Positions 28,035 to 37,757 of a DNA stretch of 64,000 nt are shown here, piece by piece. The stretch spans positions 1,312,001 to 1,376,000 of the forward strand of contig OZ241986.1 in NCBI GenBank assembly GCA_965204375.1, written 5' to 3'. Every line of letters starts with the position of its first letter. Within the stretch, counting starts at the first letter, position 1. A program made the translations under genes and the position numbers. A model generated the notes under the pieces. The model was not told the origin of the DNA, made no database searches, and worked only from the letters and a program-made list of their open reading frames with translations. The stretch comes from Candidatus Latescibacterota bacterium. Its GTDB lineage: Bacteria; Latescibacterota; UBA2968.

Positions 28035-29210
28035 ATGGATGAAATACGCCTTGGCATTGCCGGGTTGGGCGGCCGTTCCCGACGCTGGATCAGTACCCTG
28101 CTAAAGATGCCGGGCTACCGCATCACGGCACTCTACGACTGGATTGAACCGCTGCACGAGCGGGCGCTATCCCTGATCGAGTACCGAGACGATGTCGTGG
28201 TGTTCAGCGACTACGAGGATTTTTTATCTTATGAAAATATGGATGCGGTCGGTCTGGTTGTCCGTCGGAAGGACCAGGGAGCGATGGCAGCGCAGGCTCT
28301 GGAGGCTGGGAAGCATGTGAATATGGAGGTGCCCGCTGCACATACGATGGAGGATTGCTGGCGGATCGTAACGGCGGCGGAACGCACGGGGCGGGTTTAT
28401 CAGCTTGCGGAACAGACGCGCTACTGGGGTTTTGTGGATGCCTGGCGAGACATGGTGGCTGAGGGACGGTTGGGGCGGGTGACTTATTGCGAGGGGCAGT
28501 ATATCGGCTATTACGGCACGCGCCAGTTTTTTCAGGATTATAAGACAGGCCAGCAGTATCGCGTGGAAGAGCTTTCGTCGCATCCAGATGCAGAGCCGAC
28601 CTGGCTGCACATGATGCCGCCGATTCACTATCTTCCACACGAGTTGAGTCCGATGCTGAAGGTTCTGGACGACAGGGTAGTTGAAGTTACAGCGATGAGT
28701 ACCGCATCGCCCAGCTATTCGCATCTAGAGATCGATCAACCGGATATTCAGGTCGCATTGATGAAGACGGAGAAGGACAGGTTGTTGCGGATGGCGGCCG
28801 GGTTTATGCAGAAGATCCCGAGTCGCCGGGGACATCACTGGTATCAGGTTATCGGGACGAGGGGATGCGTGGAGTGGAAGCGGTCGGAAAAGGGTCACCC
28901 CCTGATGTGGCTGGCGGATTCCCAGATGCACGATATGGCCGAAGTAGATTGGCGGTTCGAGCGCACGGACGCGCCCGCAGAAGCGCACGGCAGCGGTCAT
29001 GGGGATGCCGACTATTACGTCCACACTGCTTTTTGGAATGCCGTGGTTGGAAATAAGCCTCTGGAGTTCGATGTGTACAGAGCGATGGATACGGCGGCAC
29101 CTGCGGTGCTGGCTGCGGAGTCCATCGCCCGGGGAACCGAACTGATGAAAGTTCCCGATTTTCGTCCAAATGAGACGCGGTCTTCCGGGCAGATGCCGGG
29201 AGGAGTTTGA
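28035..29210 (+). CDS. Gfo/Idh/MocA-family oxidoreductase
   Basis: GIAGLGGR, GKHVNMEVPAA, SGHGDADY. Confidence 0.9.
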   Translation: MDEIRLGIAGLGGRSRRWISTLLKMPGYRITALYDWIEPLHERALSLIEYRDDVVVFSDYEDFLSYENMDAVGLVVRRKDQGAMAAQALEAGKHVNMEVPAAHTMEDCWRIVTAAERTGRVYQLAEQTRYWGFVDAWRDMVAEGRLGRVTYCEGQYIGYYGTRQFFQDYKTGQQYRVEELSSHPDAEPTWLHMMPPIHYLPHELSPMLKVLDDRVVEVTAMSTASPSYSHLEIDQPDIQVALMKTEKDRLLRMAAGFMQKIPSRRGHHWYQVIGTRGCVEWKRSEKGHPLMWLADSQMHDMAEVDWRFERTDAPAEAHGSGHGDADYYVHTAFWNAVVGNKPLEFDVYRAMDTAAPAVLAAESIARGTELMKVPDFRPNETRSSGQMPGGV

Positions 29211-29212
29211 GC

Positions 29213-30919
29213 ATGCGTGTCGCCATTTTATCCGATCCACCTGATCTTTCGGATTACCTTGTCGAGATGTTCAAGATGTGGGGATTGGTCCTGTACGAGG
29301 TGGTGGGATCGGACCAGATTTCAGAGATGGATCCCGAAGATACGCCAGTGGTAGTTTGTCCCGCGTCTCGAGGTAACCGTTCGCTAATCGATTTCGCGCG
29401 CCGAGGTGGGACGGTGATCTGCTTTCTGCCTGAAGGACCTCTATCTGAGGCAGCCGGGCTTGTGTATGAGGGGGAAAAGGAGGTGCCACTGCGGTTGCGC
29501 GTTACCGCGTACCCGGCCCCAGGCATGGCGGGGGAGCGGTTTCCAATTGTGGGCTGTGCAAAGAATTACAGGCAGGCACCTGAGGTTCAGGTTCTGGGCT
29601 ATCTTTCATATACAGACCGCTATGAAGGAGAAAGTGTCGGGATTACAGAGACGGTGGTCGGATGGGGGAGGATTGTGGTGTTCGCGTTCGATCTGGCTCT
29701 CTGTGTACTGTTGCTGCGGCAGGGCGACCCGAACCGCGCCGAGGTGGTTCCCAGGGGCACGGGGTGCGCCCGCCCGTCCAGCATGGCGATTGATATCGGG
29801 CCTCTGGACTCTGGCTGGATTCCCTTTGCCGACTTGCTTTCCAGGCTGCTTGTAGATACGGTACGGCGCTACCTGCCGGGGCCTGTGCCGCTTCTGTCGC
29901 ATCTGCCGGGGATGGCGCCCGGCATCCTCCTTTACTCCGGTGACGAAGATAATGCGGATGTGGCGAGCAATGATGCGGAATTCGAGTGTGTGGCAGCCGC
30001 AGGCGGGCGCATGAATCTCTATATTATTCCAAATCGGACCCAATCTACGGCGCTGGATGTGGAGCGGTACCGCGTCCAGCACGATGTGGGGCCGCATCCA
30101 AATCTTCGGCCTCTGGACGGGTATCCTGTGTCGGAACGCTTGGTAGAGTTCGAACGGCAGATCCGGATGTTTCAAGACCAGTTCGATACGCCCGCGCGAT
30201 CCCTTCGAAATCACTGCACAGCCTGGGCCGGGTATCTGGAACCGGTCGAGGTTATGGAGAAACTGGGTGTGGGGATGGATGGGAATTACTTTTCCGGCAC
30301 GTATGGATATAGCCGGGAGGATGCGCCGTATGCTGCGTTTGGAGGGGCTATGCCGATGCGTTTCTGCTGGCCAGATGGCCGGGTGCTCAATGTCTTTCAG
30401 CAGCATACGCAGCTTGCAGACGATATTATGTTCGGGACCGCAGACTATTCCTACCGACTGTCGCCGCAGGTCTTTGTCGGTGTGCTGGACCGGATTTTCA
30501 CGGATATCGAGACTCGCTTTCACACGCCTTATAGCGTGTGTATCCACCCCGGCAACTGGGTGAAATTTTCGCGCCCGCAAGGACGGGAACTGCTTCGCCA
30601 GGCGAATGAAAGACAATTCCCCATCTGGTCTTTCGACGGGTGGCTGGCGTTCTGGGAGGCGCGCGATACGTGGCGGTTCAACGGGATGACCAGGCAAGGA
30701 CGCAGGCTGCAATTCGCGCTTGAGGGTGAACGATCGCACGACGCGCTCTGCCTTGCGATTCCATTGAAAGACTCGGAGACATCTCTTGTCGAGATAGAGT
30801 TGGATGGGGAGCGTGCAGAGTGGCAGACGGTCCGGCGCTACGGTGAGGACCTCGCGCTTGTGCCTGTACCGCCCCAGAAAACGGCTATATCGGTTAGCAT
30901 TATGTATGGCAGTGTATGA
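29213..30919 (+). CDS. Hypothetical protein with polysaccharide-deacetylase-like domain
   Basis: SGDED, VGPHP, RNHC, CIHP motifs. Confidence 0.55.
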   Translation: MRVAILSDPPDLSDYLVEMFKMWGLVLYEVVGSDQISEMDPEDTPVVVCPASRGNRSLIDFARRGGTVICFLPEGPLSEAAGLVYEGEKEVPLRLRVTAYPAPGMAGERFPIVGCAKNYRQAPEVQVLGYLSYTDRYEGESVGITETVVGWGRIVVFAFDLALCVLLLRQGDPNRAEVVPRGTGCARPSSMAIDIGPLDSGWIPFADLLSRLLVDTVRRYLPGPVPLLSHLPGMAPGILLYSGDEDNADVASNDAEFECVAAAGGRMNLYIIPNRTQSTALDVERYRVQHDVGPHPNLRPLDGYPVSERLVEFERQIRMFQDQFDTPARSLRNHCTAWAGYLEPVEVMEKLGVGMDGNYFSGTYGYSREDAPYAAFGGAMPMRFCWPDGRVLNVFQQHTQLADDIMFGTADYSYRLSPQVFVGVLDRIFTDIETRFHTPYSVCIHPGNWVKFSRPQGRELLRQANERQFPIWSFDGWLAFWEARDTWRFNGMTRQGRRLQFALEGERSHDALCLAIPLKDSETSLVEIELDGERAEWQTVRRYGEDLALVPVPPQKTAISVSIMYGSV

Positions 30920-33900
30920 AGCGCGGAGTTGCTCGGATGATTCAGAGTGCATTGGGGTTGCCTTTGAAGTGGATAACAGGTGGGCGACAGATCGGCTTTT
31001 TCGGTTCTTATTGCCTGGGTGCGGCTTTATTTATTGCAGCAGTAATTCTGACGGCGCATAACTGCATTGCAGATGGTGCTCAAGATAAGGGGGAGAAGAT
31101 AGTGACAGTTCAACGTGACACCTATCTGGTCAACGCGGACCTGTCGAAGCTGGAGGGGGAGGGACTGCGTGGATGGGAGGTAGAAGGCGATTTCACGTAT
31201 GATGCGGGGCGACAGGTTGGCACGTTGAAATACGAGATATCCGCCCGTCTGGTGCAGGAGGTGAAATTGCTTCCCGGCCATTATCTGCTGCGGATAGTGG
31301 CACGCACGAATTCGAATGAGGCCAGGCTGTTTGCCGACGCGCTGGATTACGATGTAACGGATACGAACTTCATCTCACCTGCTTACGGACTTTTCCGGAT
31401 TCCGGTCGGTGTTTCGAAGGGCTTCAAGACTGTTGAGTTGCCGTTCTTCGTCGAAGACGGTGGGGAATTGGAGAGCGTGACCCTCGGTCTGCAGGCGCGA
31501 GAGGCCAGGGCCGGTCTGGAGGGACAGGACCGGAAGCCGAAGCTGATCGAGATCAAGGCGATCTCTCTCAACCGGCTTGGGGACACGGAACTGAAGCGGC
31601 GCTGGGCGCAGAATCTGCCGGTGAATCGCACCCACGGGTTGACTGGGCTGCGGGAAGCGGCCGACTTCAACCGGCCCGGATTTGCGATCTTCACCGATAC
31701 TTATACCGGGGCGGAACTCTGGCTGATTACACAGGGACGGAGGTCGCACCTGCAATACCCCGGGGTATCGTATTTCAGCGACAGCGGCAAGTACGTTTTT
31801 GTGTCCAATCCCGGCATTGTCTTGAGGACGGATGGATCTGCCCGGTTTACGGGCTACAAGCGCAAGCGCGGGGGCACGCCGTGGCTCCCCGCGTGGTTGC
31901 AGAAGCAAATGCCGCCGGGAACCGATCCCGACGACTGGGTGGAGGTGGGGACCACCTCCAAAGCCGTGACCCTGCGCAACTTGATCACGCGCGACGAAAT
32001 GCGCGTCGAGTTTCCCACGCGGGACGGCTGGACTCTGGCTTTGCTGCCCTCCGTAAAGAGCCCAATGCTGGAGCGACAGGGTGCGCCGAATGAGACGCTG
32101 GTCTGGGTCTCAAACGACAAGCGCACCATCGGTCTGTCCGATGTCAGTGGGAGAGATTTCCGCGAAGTCCCGGTGAAGACCCACTCGGCTGACCCGGAGA
32201 AGGATTACCTCAATGAGCCATTCTGGTGCAAGGGATGGGACGGCGGCTGGTACGTCGGCTACGTCCTCAACTGGCTTCCGCTGCACAATCAGATTCTCAA
32301 GACTCCGGAGAACAGCATTAATCCCGGGCAGGTCTGGGCACTGCCGATTTACAGGAACGATCTCAGGGGACCGCTATACGTGACGGGCGGATTCGAGAAA
32401 CTGCAAGGCATGAGGCTGGAAGACGGGTCGGTTGTGCAGCGGGCAGAGGCTTTAGTTGGCGGGCATAAGGCGATGGATGGATCCCTGCGCTACCGGATGG
32501 ATGCATCCAAGGTCAATACGCTGGCTGTGGAGAACATTGAGACGGGGGAGGTGACGTATATCGGCTCATACCCGTGGATGGAGCACATCGAGTGGAGCCA
32601 GAGTTGGGAGTTCGGGTCCATAAGGGGTGAACTGGCCCCGCAACCGCTTCTGTTCTTCGACCTGAAACACCGGGCGTTGTGGCCGATTGCTGTGATGAAT
32701 TTCTACGACTACGGACAGCGGTTGAAGGACTACCGCGACGGCCAGAGGCTTGGCACGGAGCGGAAGGGGTACATCTTCTGGTCCGGCCAAACGAGCAGTC
32801 CAGACGGGACCAAGGTGATCTATGCATCGGCCATGCTTGCCCACAGCATGCGCGACAAGGGAGATGTGTACATCGCGGTGGCCCGTTATCCACATCCGCC
32901 TGTCAACGTGCGGTGTGAGGGGAAGCGTCTTGTCTGGGACCGACCGCTTCGCCACAGAGAGATCCGGGGATTCAATATCTACCGGTCCGATCGCAGCGGT
33001 GTGGGATACCAAAAGCTTCATTCGGAGACGGTAGAGGGGTTGAGCTATGAACTGTCTCGGGGAGACGAAGAGGGCTTCTATGTCCTGACCTCCGTGGAAC
33101 ACTCCGGGCTGGAGAGCCGCATGTTTTCCAACGAGGTGGTCGTGGGACCCGGCCGTACTGTACGCCATTTCTATGATGCCGAGACCGCGGAGTTCGAGCA
33201 GCCTCTGACGCCGGTTTTCGATCCCGAAGGGGCCGGGAATGGCTATGCCCTGGCGATCAAGGATCCAGACCTGCTCTACCGGGACCGTCTGCGGAAAGGG
33301 TTGCGGGGAGTTGGAAAACTTCAGATTTCGATTCCTTTCTCCCATTCGTACAGGATTTTTGGCCGCGTTCGATCTCTGTCAAAAAATGCACGCGGCTGTT
33401 TCAGCATCGAAGTAAGCGGTGTAGCCGCCGGCGATTTGGACGTTGAAAAACCGGTCTGGCACTGGGTGGAACTGAAAGGCGGTGTGGCGACGCTGTCTGC
33501 CGGGAACCTGACACTGCGGTTTGTTACTTCAAATGTTGATATCGCTCTGGACAAGGTTCTGGTGACCAACGATCTTGACTTCGAGCCGAGAGGAAAGGGC
33601 AACACGCCGATGGAACCGCCTTCAACGCCGTCCGAGATTCGAGTTGAAAAGGCCGATCCGTCTGATCCTGCGTCGCCGTATGTGAAACTGGTCTGGAACG
33701 CTTCGACTGCGCCGCAGGGGATTCGTTACTACAGCATCTACCGCAGTACAGCAGTGGATGTGACACCCGCCCAGGAAAATTTGATCGGAAGTTCGCGGGA
33801 GCCGGGTTTTGTGGATGTAGGCATAACGCACCCGAAGTATTATTACTGCGTTGTGGCGGTTGATAACTGGGGCAACCGTTCCCACCCTTCCGCGAAGATA

Positions 33901-33933
33901 GTTTTGACGACACGGGATTTCACGGACAAATAA
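30916..33933 (+). CDS. Large exported protein, propeller-like core and FN3 domains
   Basis: N-terminal TM; FTDTYTGAELW, SSPDGTKVIY; GFNIYRS, YYCVVAVDNWGNRSHPS. Confidence 0.6.
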   Translation: MKRGVARMIQSALGLPLKWITGGRQIGFFGSYCLGAALFIAAVILTAHNCIADGAQDKGEKIVTVQRDTYLVNADLSKLEGEGLRGWEVEGDFTYDAGRQVGTLKYEISARLVQEVKLLPGHYLLRIVARTNSNEARLFADALDYDVTDTNFISPAYGLFRIPVGVSKGFKTVELPFFVEDGGELESVTLGLQAREARAGLEGQDRKPKLIEIKAISLNRLGDTELKRRWAQNLPVNRTHGLTGLREAADFNRPGFAIFTDTYTGAELWLITQGRRSHLQYPGVSYFSDSGKYVFVSNPGIVLRTDGSARFTGYKRKRGGTPWLPAWLQKQMPPGTDPDDWVEVGTTSKAVTLRNLITRDEMRVEFPTRDGWTLALLPSVKSPMLERQGAPNETLVWVSNDKRTIGLSDVSGRDFREVPVKTHSADPEKDYLNEPFWCKGWDGGWYVGYVLNWLPLHNQILKTPENSINPGQVWALPIYRNDLRGPLYVTGGFEKLQGMRLEDGSVVQRAEALVGGHKAMDGSLRYRMDASKVNTLAVENIETGEVTYIGSYPWMEHIEWSQSWEFGSIRGELAPQPLLFFDLKHRALWPIAVMNFYDYGQRLKDYRDGQRLGTERKGYIFWSGQTSSPDGTKVIYASAMLAHSMRDKGDVYIAVARYPHPPVNVRCEGKRLVWDRPLRHREIRGFNIYRSDRSGVGYQKLHSETVEGLSYELSRGDEEGFYVLTSVEHSGLESRMFSNEVVVGPGRTVRHFYDAETAEFEQPLTPVFDPEGAGNGYALAIKDPDLLYRDRLRKGLRGVGKLQISIPFSHSYRIFGRVRSLSKNARGCFSIEVSGVAAGDLDVEKPVWHWVELKGGVATLSAGNLTLRFVTSNVDIALDKVLVTNDLDFEPRGKGNTPMEPPSTPSEIRVEKADPSDPASPYVKLVWNASTAPQGIRYYSIYRSTAVDVTPAQENLIGSSREPGFVDVGITHPKYYYCVVAVDNWGNRSHPSAKIVLTTRDFTDK

Positions 33934-33986
33934 GAGTCCATTCTGCTTTACGTCGCTCGCAGGATTTTTTTCAGGAGGAGATTGCA

Positions 33987-35243
33987 ATGCGTTTTGGAAT
34001 TGCCTGTCGGGATATCGTTCCTCCGTTTCGCACGAGAATGTACGGGTATGGTGCGCGGATAGATCTCTACGAAGATGTCAACGACCCGTTGACGTTCACG
34101 GCCATTGTGCTGGAAGAGGGAAACCGCCGTGCGTTGTTGGGTGCTGCGGATCTGGGCACATTTCCGAGGCTCGATGAGTTGTCCGGCTTCTTAGACCAAC
34201 TCGGAGAGATCGTCGGGTGTCCAAGAGACCATATCATGCTGAACTGCTCGCACTCTCACGGAGCCGCGACAGTGTCGGATGAGCGATACAGAGAGTGGTT
34301 GTACGAAAAGGTCCGCGAAGCTGTGCAGGAGGCTTCGGAGAATGCGAATGAAGGCACGTTGTGGTACGGCGAAGGCAAGACGAGTTTGCCGTTGAACCGC
34401 CGCCCGGAGCGGGATGGTCAGGTCGTGAATGCGCCCAATCCGGGGGGTACGGTAGATGATCGCATGCGGCTCCTGGTCTTCAGGAAACCGACGGGAGAGA
34501 TCGCTGCGCTCGGGATGTCCGTGGCGTGTCATCCGGTTGCCACGGGGGCACAGCACTTGCTGACAGCGGAGTATCCCGGGGCCTGGAGGACTGCCTTCTC
34601 CAGAGCGTTTGGTCCGGATGTGACGCCGTTTTTTCTTCAGGGAGCGGGCGGAGATATACGGCCCCGACATGTAGCCGAAGGGGATCACTGGCGGGCGATG
34701 AAGCACGCCGAGCTTCCCGGCATGGGACAGGAGCTTTTGAGGGAGATGCTGAAGATCCTCTTGGAAGCGGACTTCAAACAGATCGACAATCTGACACTTA
34801 CGGGCAAGATCAATCGGGTTGAGGCGCCCTGCCAGAGGCTTTATACCACGCGAGAGGACCTCGAGTTGCTGAGGGAACGGGATGGTAGATTTGGTTCTTA
34901 TGCGGAGAAATGTCTCCAGCATCTCAATGCAGGAGAGGAAGTTCCAGCCCAGGCGGAGTTTCACGTTCAGACCCTCTGGTTGAATAGGGAATTCGCCCTG
35001 ATCGGCCTCGACGCCGAGCCGCTCCACGATCTGGGTCTGGCCATAGAGGATTCTGTTTCCCCCAGGCAGGCGTTGTTCCTGGGATATACGAACGGCTGTA
35101 TTGGCTATGCAATGGACGGAAAGGAGACAGAACGGGGGGGCGGTACGGAGATCGGTACCTATCTTTTTAGAGGGTGGTCGGGGCCTCCTGAGCCGGGCCT
35201 TGAGAAAGTCCTGGCTGACGCTGTTGTGAACGAGTCCGGATGA
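33987..35243 (+). CDS. Neutral/alkaline ceramidase-like amidohydrolase (copy 1)
   Basis: DIVPP, NCSHSHGA, NRR, CHP, FLQGAGGD, GYTNG. Confidence 0.75.
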   Translation: MRFGIACRDIVPPFRTRMYGYGARIDLYEDVNDPLTFTAIVLEEGNRRALLGAADLGTFPRLDELSGFLDQLGEIVGCPRDHIMLNCSHSHGAATVSDERYREWLYEKVREAVQEASENANEGTLWYGEGKTSLPLNRRPERDGQVVNAPNPGGTVDDRMRLLVFRKPTGEIAALGMSVACHPVATGAQHLLTAEYPGAWRTAFSRAFGPDVTPFFLQGAGGDIRPRHVAEGDHWRAMKHAELPGMGQELLREMLKILLEADFKQIDNLTLTGKINRVEAPCQRLYTTREDLELLRERDGRFGSYAEKCLQHLNAGEEVPAQAEFHVQTLWLNREFALIGLDAEPLHDLGLAIEDSVSPRQALFLGYTNGCIGYAMDGKETERGGGTEIGTYLFRGWSGPPEPGLEKVLADAVVNESG

Positions 35244-35265
35244 CAATAAACGAGGAGAAAATGCC

Positions 35266-36561
35266 ATGCGTTTCGGTATTGGCCGCAGAGATATTACCCC
35301 GCCGCTTTACACTTATATGCACGGGTACGCGGCAAGGCGGGATACGAATGATGGGGTGAACGATCCCTTGACGTTTACAGCGATTGTGATGGAAGAGGGG
35401 GGGCAGCGCGCACTATTGGGTGCTGCGGACATCTGCACATTTCCGAATGACGGGAGTATGCCGGGCTTTCTGGAGCAGGTTGGGAAGGCGATTGGATGTC
35501 CGGCGGACAGTGTGATGCTCAATGCCTCGCACACCCACGGGGGACCGAGGATGCCGAGTTCTTCTCTGTACTGGAGGGGCTTTTCTTCGCGAACGGTAGA
35601 GGAGTACAGGGACCAACTCTACGCGCAGGTGCTGGAGGCTGCCCGTGAGGCTGCGGACAATCTGGTGGAAGGGAGCCTCTGGTATGGGGAGGGGAAGACA
35701 CGACTGCCAATGAACCGACGTCCGGAGCGGGATGGCCGGGTTGTAAACGCGCCGAATCCGGACGGGCCAGTAGATGATCGGATGCAACTTCTGCTTTTCA
35801 GAAAGGCCACGGGGGAAGCGGCGGCGGTGGGAGTCAAAGTATCGTGCCATCCAGTTGCCACAGGTGCGCAACATTTGATCACGGCAGATTGGCCGGGGGC
35901 ATGGCGCGCGGCATTTTCCAGTGTGTTTGGCCCCGATGTGATACCGTTTTTCCTGCAAGGAGCGGGCGCGGATGCACGCCCCCGACATGTGGCCGAGGGA
36001 GACCACTGGCGAGTGATGAAGCACGCTGAACTCGCCGAGATTGGCGATGAACTGCTGGCGGAGACTCTGGCGATCCTCACGGGGATAAATCTCCGTCCGG
36101 TAGATAATCTGACGCTGGAAGGGAAGATTAACGTTGTACAGGCTCCCTGTGAGAGGCAATATACCACCCGGGAACAGCTCGAATCCTTAAAGGGCGAAGG
36201 CGGGCTCCTGCAGCAATATGCGGAAGCAGGGCTGGAGCGCATGGATAAGGGAGAAGAGATCCCCGATCAGGTGGCGTTTCGGGTTCAGACCCTGTGGTTG
36301 AATCGGGATATGGCTCTGATCGGTCTGGATGTGGAGCCACTTTGTGGCCTGGCGAAGACAGTTGAGGCGGCGGTTGCGCCAGCACAGGCGGTTCTTCTGG
36401 GATATACGAATGGCTGTATTGGCTATACCCCCGATACGGAGGAGATGAAGCGCGGGGGGTACGAAACCGGTAGCTATCTGCCCAATGTGTGGTCTGGACC
36501 ATTGATGTCGGGGCTTGAAGATCTGTTTGCGAGTGCTGTCGTTCTTCATGCGGGAAGTTAG
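35266..36561 (+). CDS. Neutral/alkaline ceramidase-like amidohydrolase (copy 2)
   Basis: DITPP, NASHTHGGP, NRR, CHP, FLQGAGAD, GGYE. Confidence 0.75.
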   Translation: MRFGIGRRDITPPLYTYMHGYAARRDTNDGVNDPLTFTAIVMEEGGQRALLGAADICTFPNDGSMPGFLEQVGKAIGCPADSVMLNASHTHGGPRMPSSSLYWRGFSSRTVEEYRDQLYAQVLEAAREAADNLVEGSLWYGEGKTRLPMNRRPERDGRVVNAPNPDGPVDDRMQLLLFRKATGEAAAVGVKVSCHPVATGAQHLITADWPGAWRAAFSSVFGPDVIPFFLQGAGADARPRHVAEGDHWRVMKHAELAEIGDELLAETLAILTGINLRPVDNLTLEGKINVVQAPCERQYTTREQLESLKGEGGLLQQYAEAGLERMDKGEEIPDQVAFRVQTLWLNRDMALIGLDVEPLCGLAKTVEAAVAPAQAVLLGYTNGCIGYTPDTEEMKRGGYETGSYLPNVWSGPLMSGLEDLFASAVVLHAGS

Positions 36562-36590
36562 AAACCCCTGTCAGATAGGAGAATTGATTG

Positions 36591-37757
36591 ATGAAGATCA
36601 CTGAAGTGGAACCCATCCTGCTCACGGTTGATATGCCGGAAGAGCATCCTTTGCGGTGGTCGGGAGGAGAAGCTGCCAGTGTGAATTGCGCGTTGGTGAG
36701 GGTGCATACCGACGAAGGCATCACCGGTCTGGGAGATTGCTACGGGTCCGGGTTTGTCGCGGGTGAGGCCACGGCCGAGTTGTTTCGCCTGTTCGGGCAG
36801 TTTCTCCAGGGCAAAGACCCACGAGATGTGGCCGGGTGTTACGAGATGATGTACCGCCGCATCCTGTACTGGGGGCGGTCCGGGCTGGCGGTAGCAGCGG
36901 CCAGTGCGTTGGAGAACGCCTTGTGGGATATTGCGGGGAAAGCGGCCAGCGTGCCGGCATATCGCCTGCTGGGCGGGTTGTGCCACGAGAAGCTGCCAAT
37001 TTATGCCAGCGGCGGTCTGGAGCAGCCTCTGGAGGATCTGAAAGCAGAGATGAGGGCGCACTTGAAGGCGGGATTTCGGGCTGTGAAGATGCGTATTGGC
37101 GTGAATCGGGAACACGATCTGGAACGGGTAGCCGCATGCCGAGAGGTGCTGGGACCGGAGGTGAAGCTGATGGCGGACGCGGTGATGGGACACAATCCGG
37201 ATCCGTGGACAGCGGCGGAAGCGGTGCGGGTAGCGAAGGCTTTAGAGCCTTACGATCTGTTCTGGCTGGAGGAGCCTTGTTTTGCTGCGGACTACGAGGG
37301 CTATGCCCACGTCCGCCGAAATACCTGTATTCCCATTTCGGGCGGCGAGAGTTCGTGTATGCGGTATGAGTTCAAACATTTTTTTGAGCGTCAGGCACTG
37401 GATGTGGCCCAGCCGGATGCGTGCCAGGCAGGGGGTATCTTAGAGTGTATAAAGATAGCTGCGATGGCCGATGCGTGTGGTGTAAAAGTGGCACCCCATG
37501 CCTGGGGGACTTCGATTACGGTCGCTGCCAACCTGGCCTGGGCGTTTGTCACGCCCAATACCGTGCTTGCCGAGTATCCGACCTGGCATTTTCCGCTCAC
37601 AGACGCGCTATTTGTGGAAAAACCGCGGATTGAAGATGGGATGGTTTATCCTCCAACAACGCCTGGACTGGGAGTGGAACTTCCGAAAGAGTTGGAGGAA
37701 AAATACCGGTACCGACCAGAGGCTTCCAGGCTGGATATGCGGAGAGAAAGAAAATGA
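36591..37757 (+). CDS. Mandelate racemase/muconate lactonizing enzyme family
   Basis: ALWDIAGK, KMR, MADA, WLEEP, GE, QPD, PH, PGLGVE. Confidence 0.9.
   Translation: MKITEVEPILLTVDMPEEHPLRWSGGEAASVNCALVRVHTDEGITGLGDCYGSGFVAGEATAELFRLFGQFLQGKDPRDVAGCYEMMYRRILYWGRSGLAVAAASALENALWDIAGKAASVPAYRLLGGLCHEKLPIYASGGLEQPLEDLKAEMRAHLKAGFRAVKMRIGVNREHDLERVAACREVLGPEVKLMADAVMGHNPDPWTAAEAVRVAKALEPYDLFWLEEPCFAADYEGYAHVRRNTCIPISGGESSCMRYEFKHFFERQALDVAQPDACQAGGILECIKIAAMADACGVKVAPHAWGTSITVAANLAWAFVTPNTVLAEYPTWHFPLTDALFVEKPRIEDGMVYPPTTPGLGVELPKELEEKYRYRPEASRLDMRRERK

Noticed and set aside
29606-30952. 448-aa antisense ORF (also 45051-46400, 34191-35267 and many shorter ones)
   Set aside because: Shadow frames of GC-rich genes with no recognisable motifs
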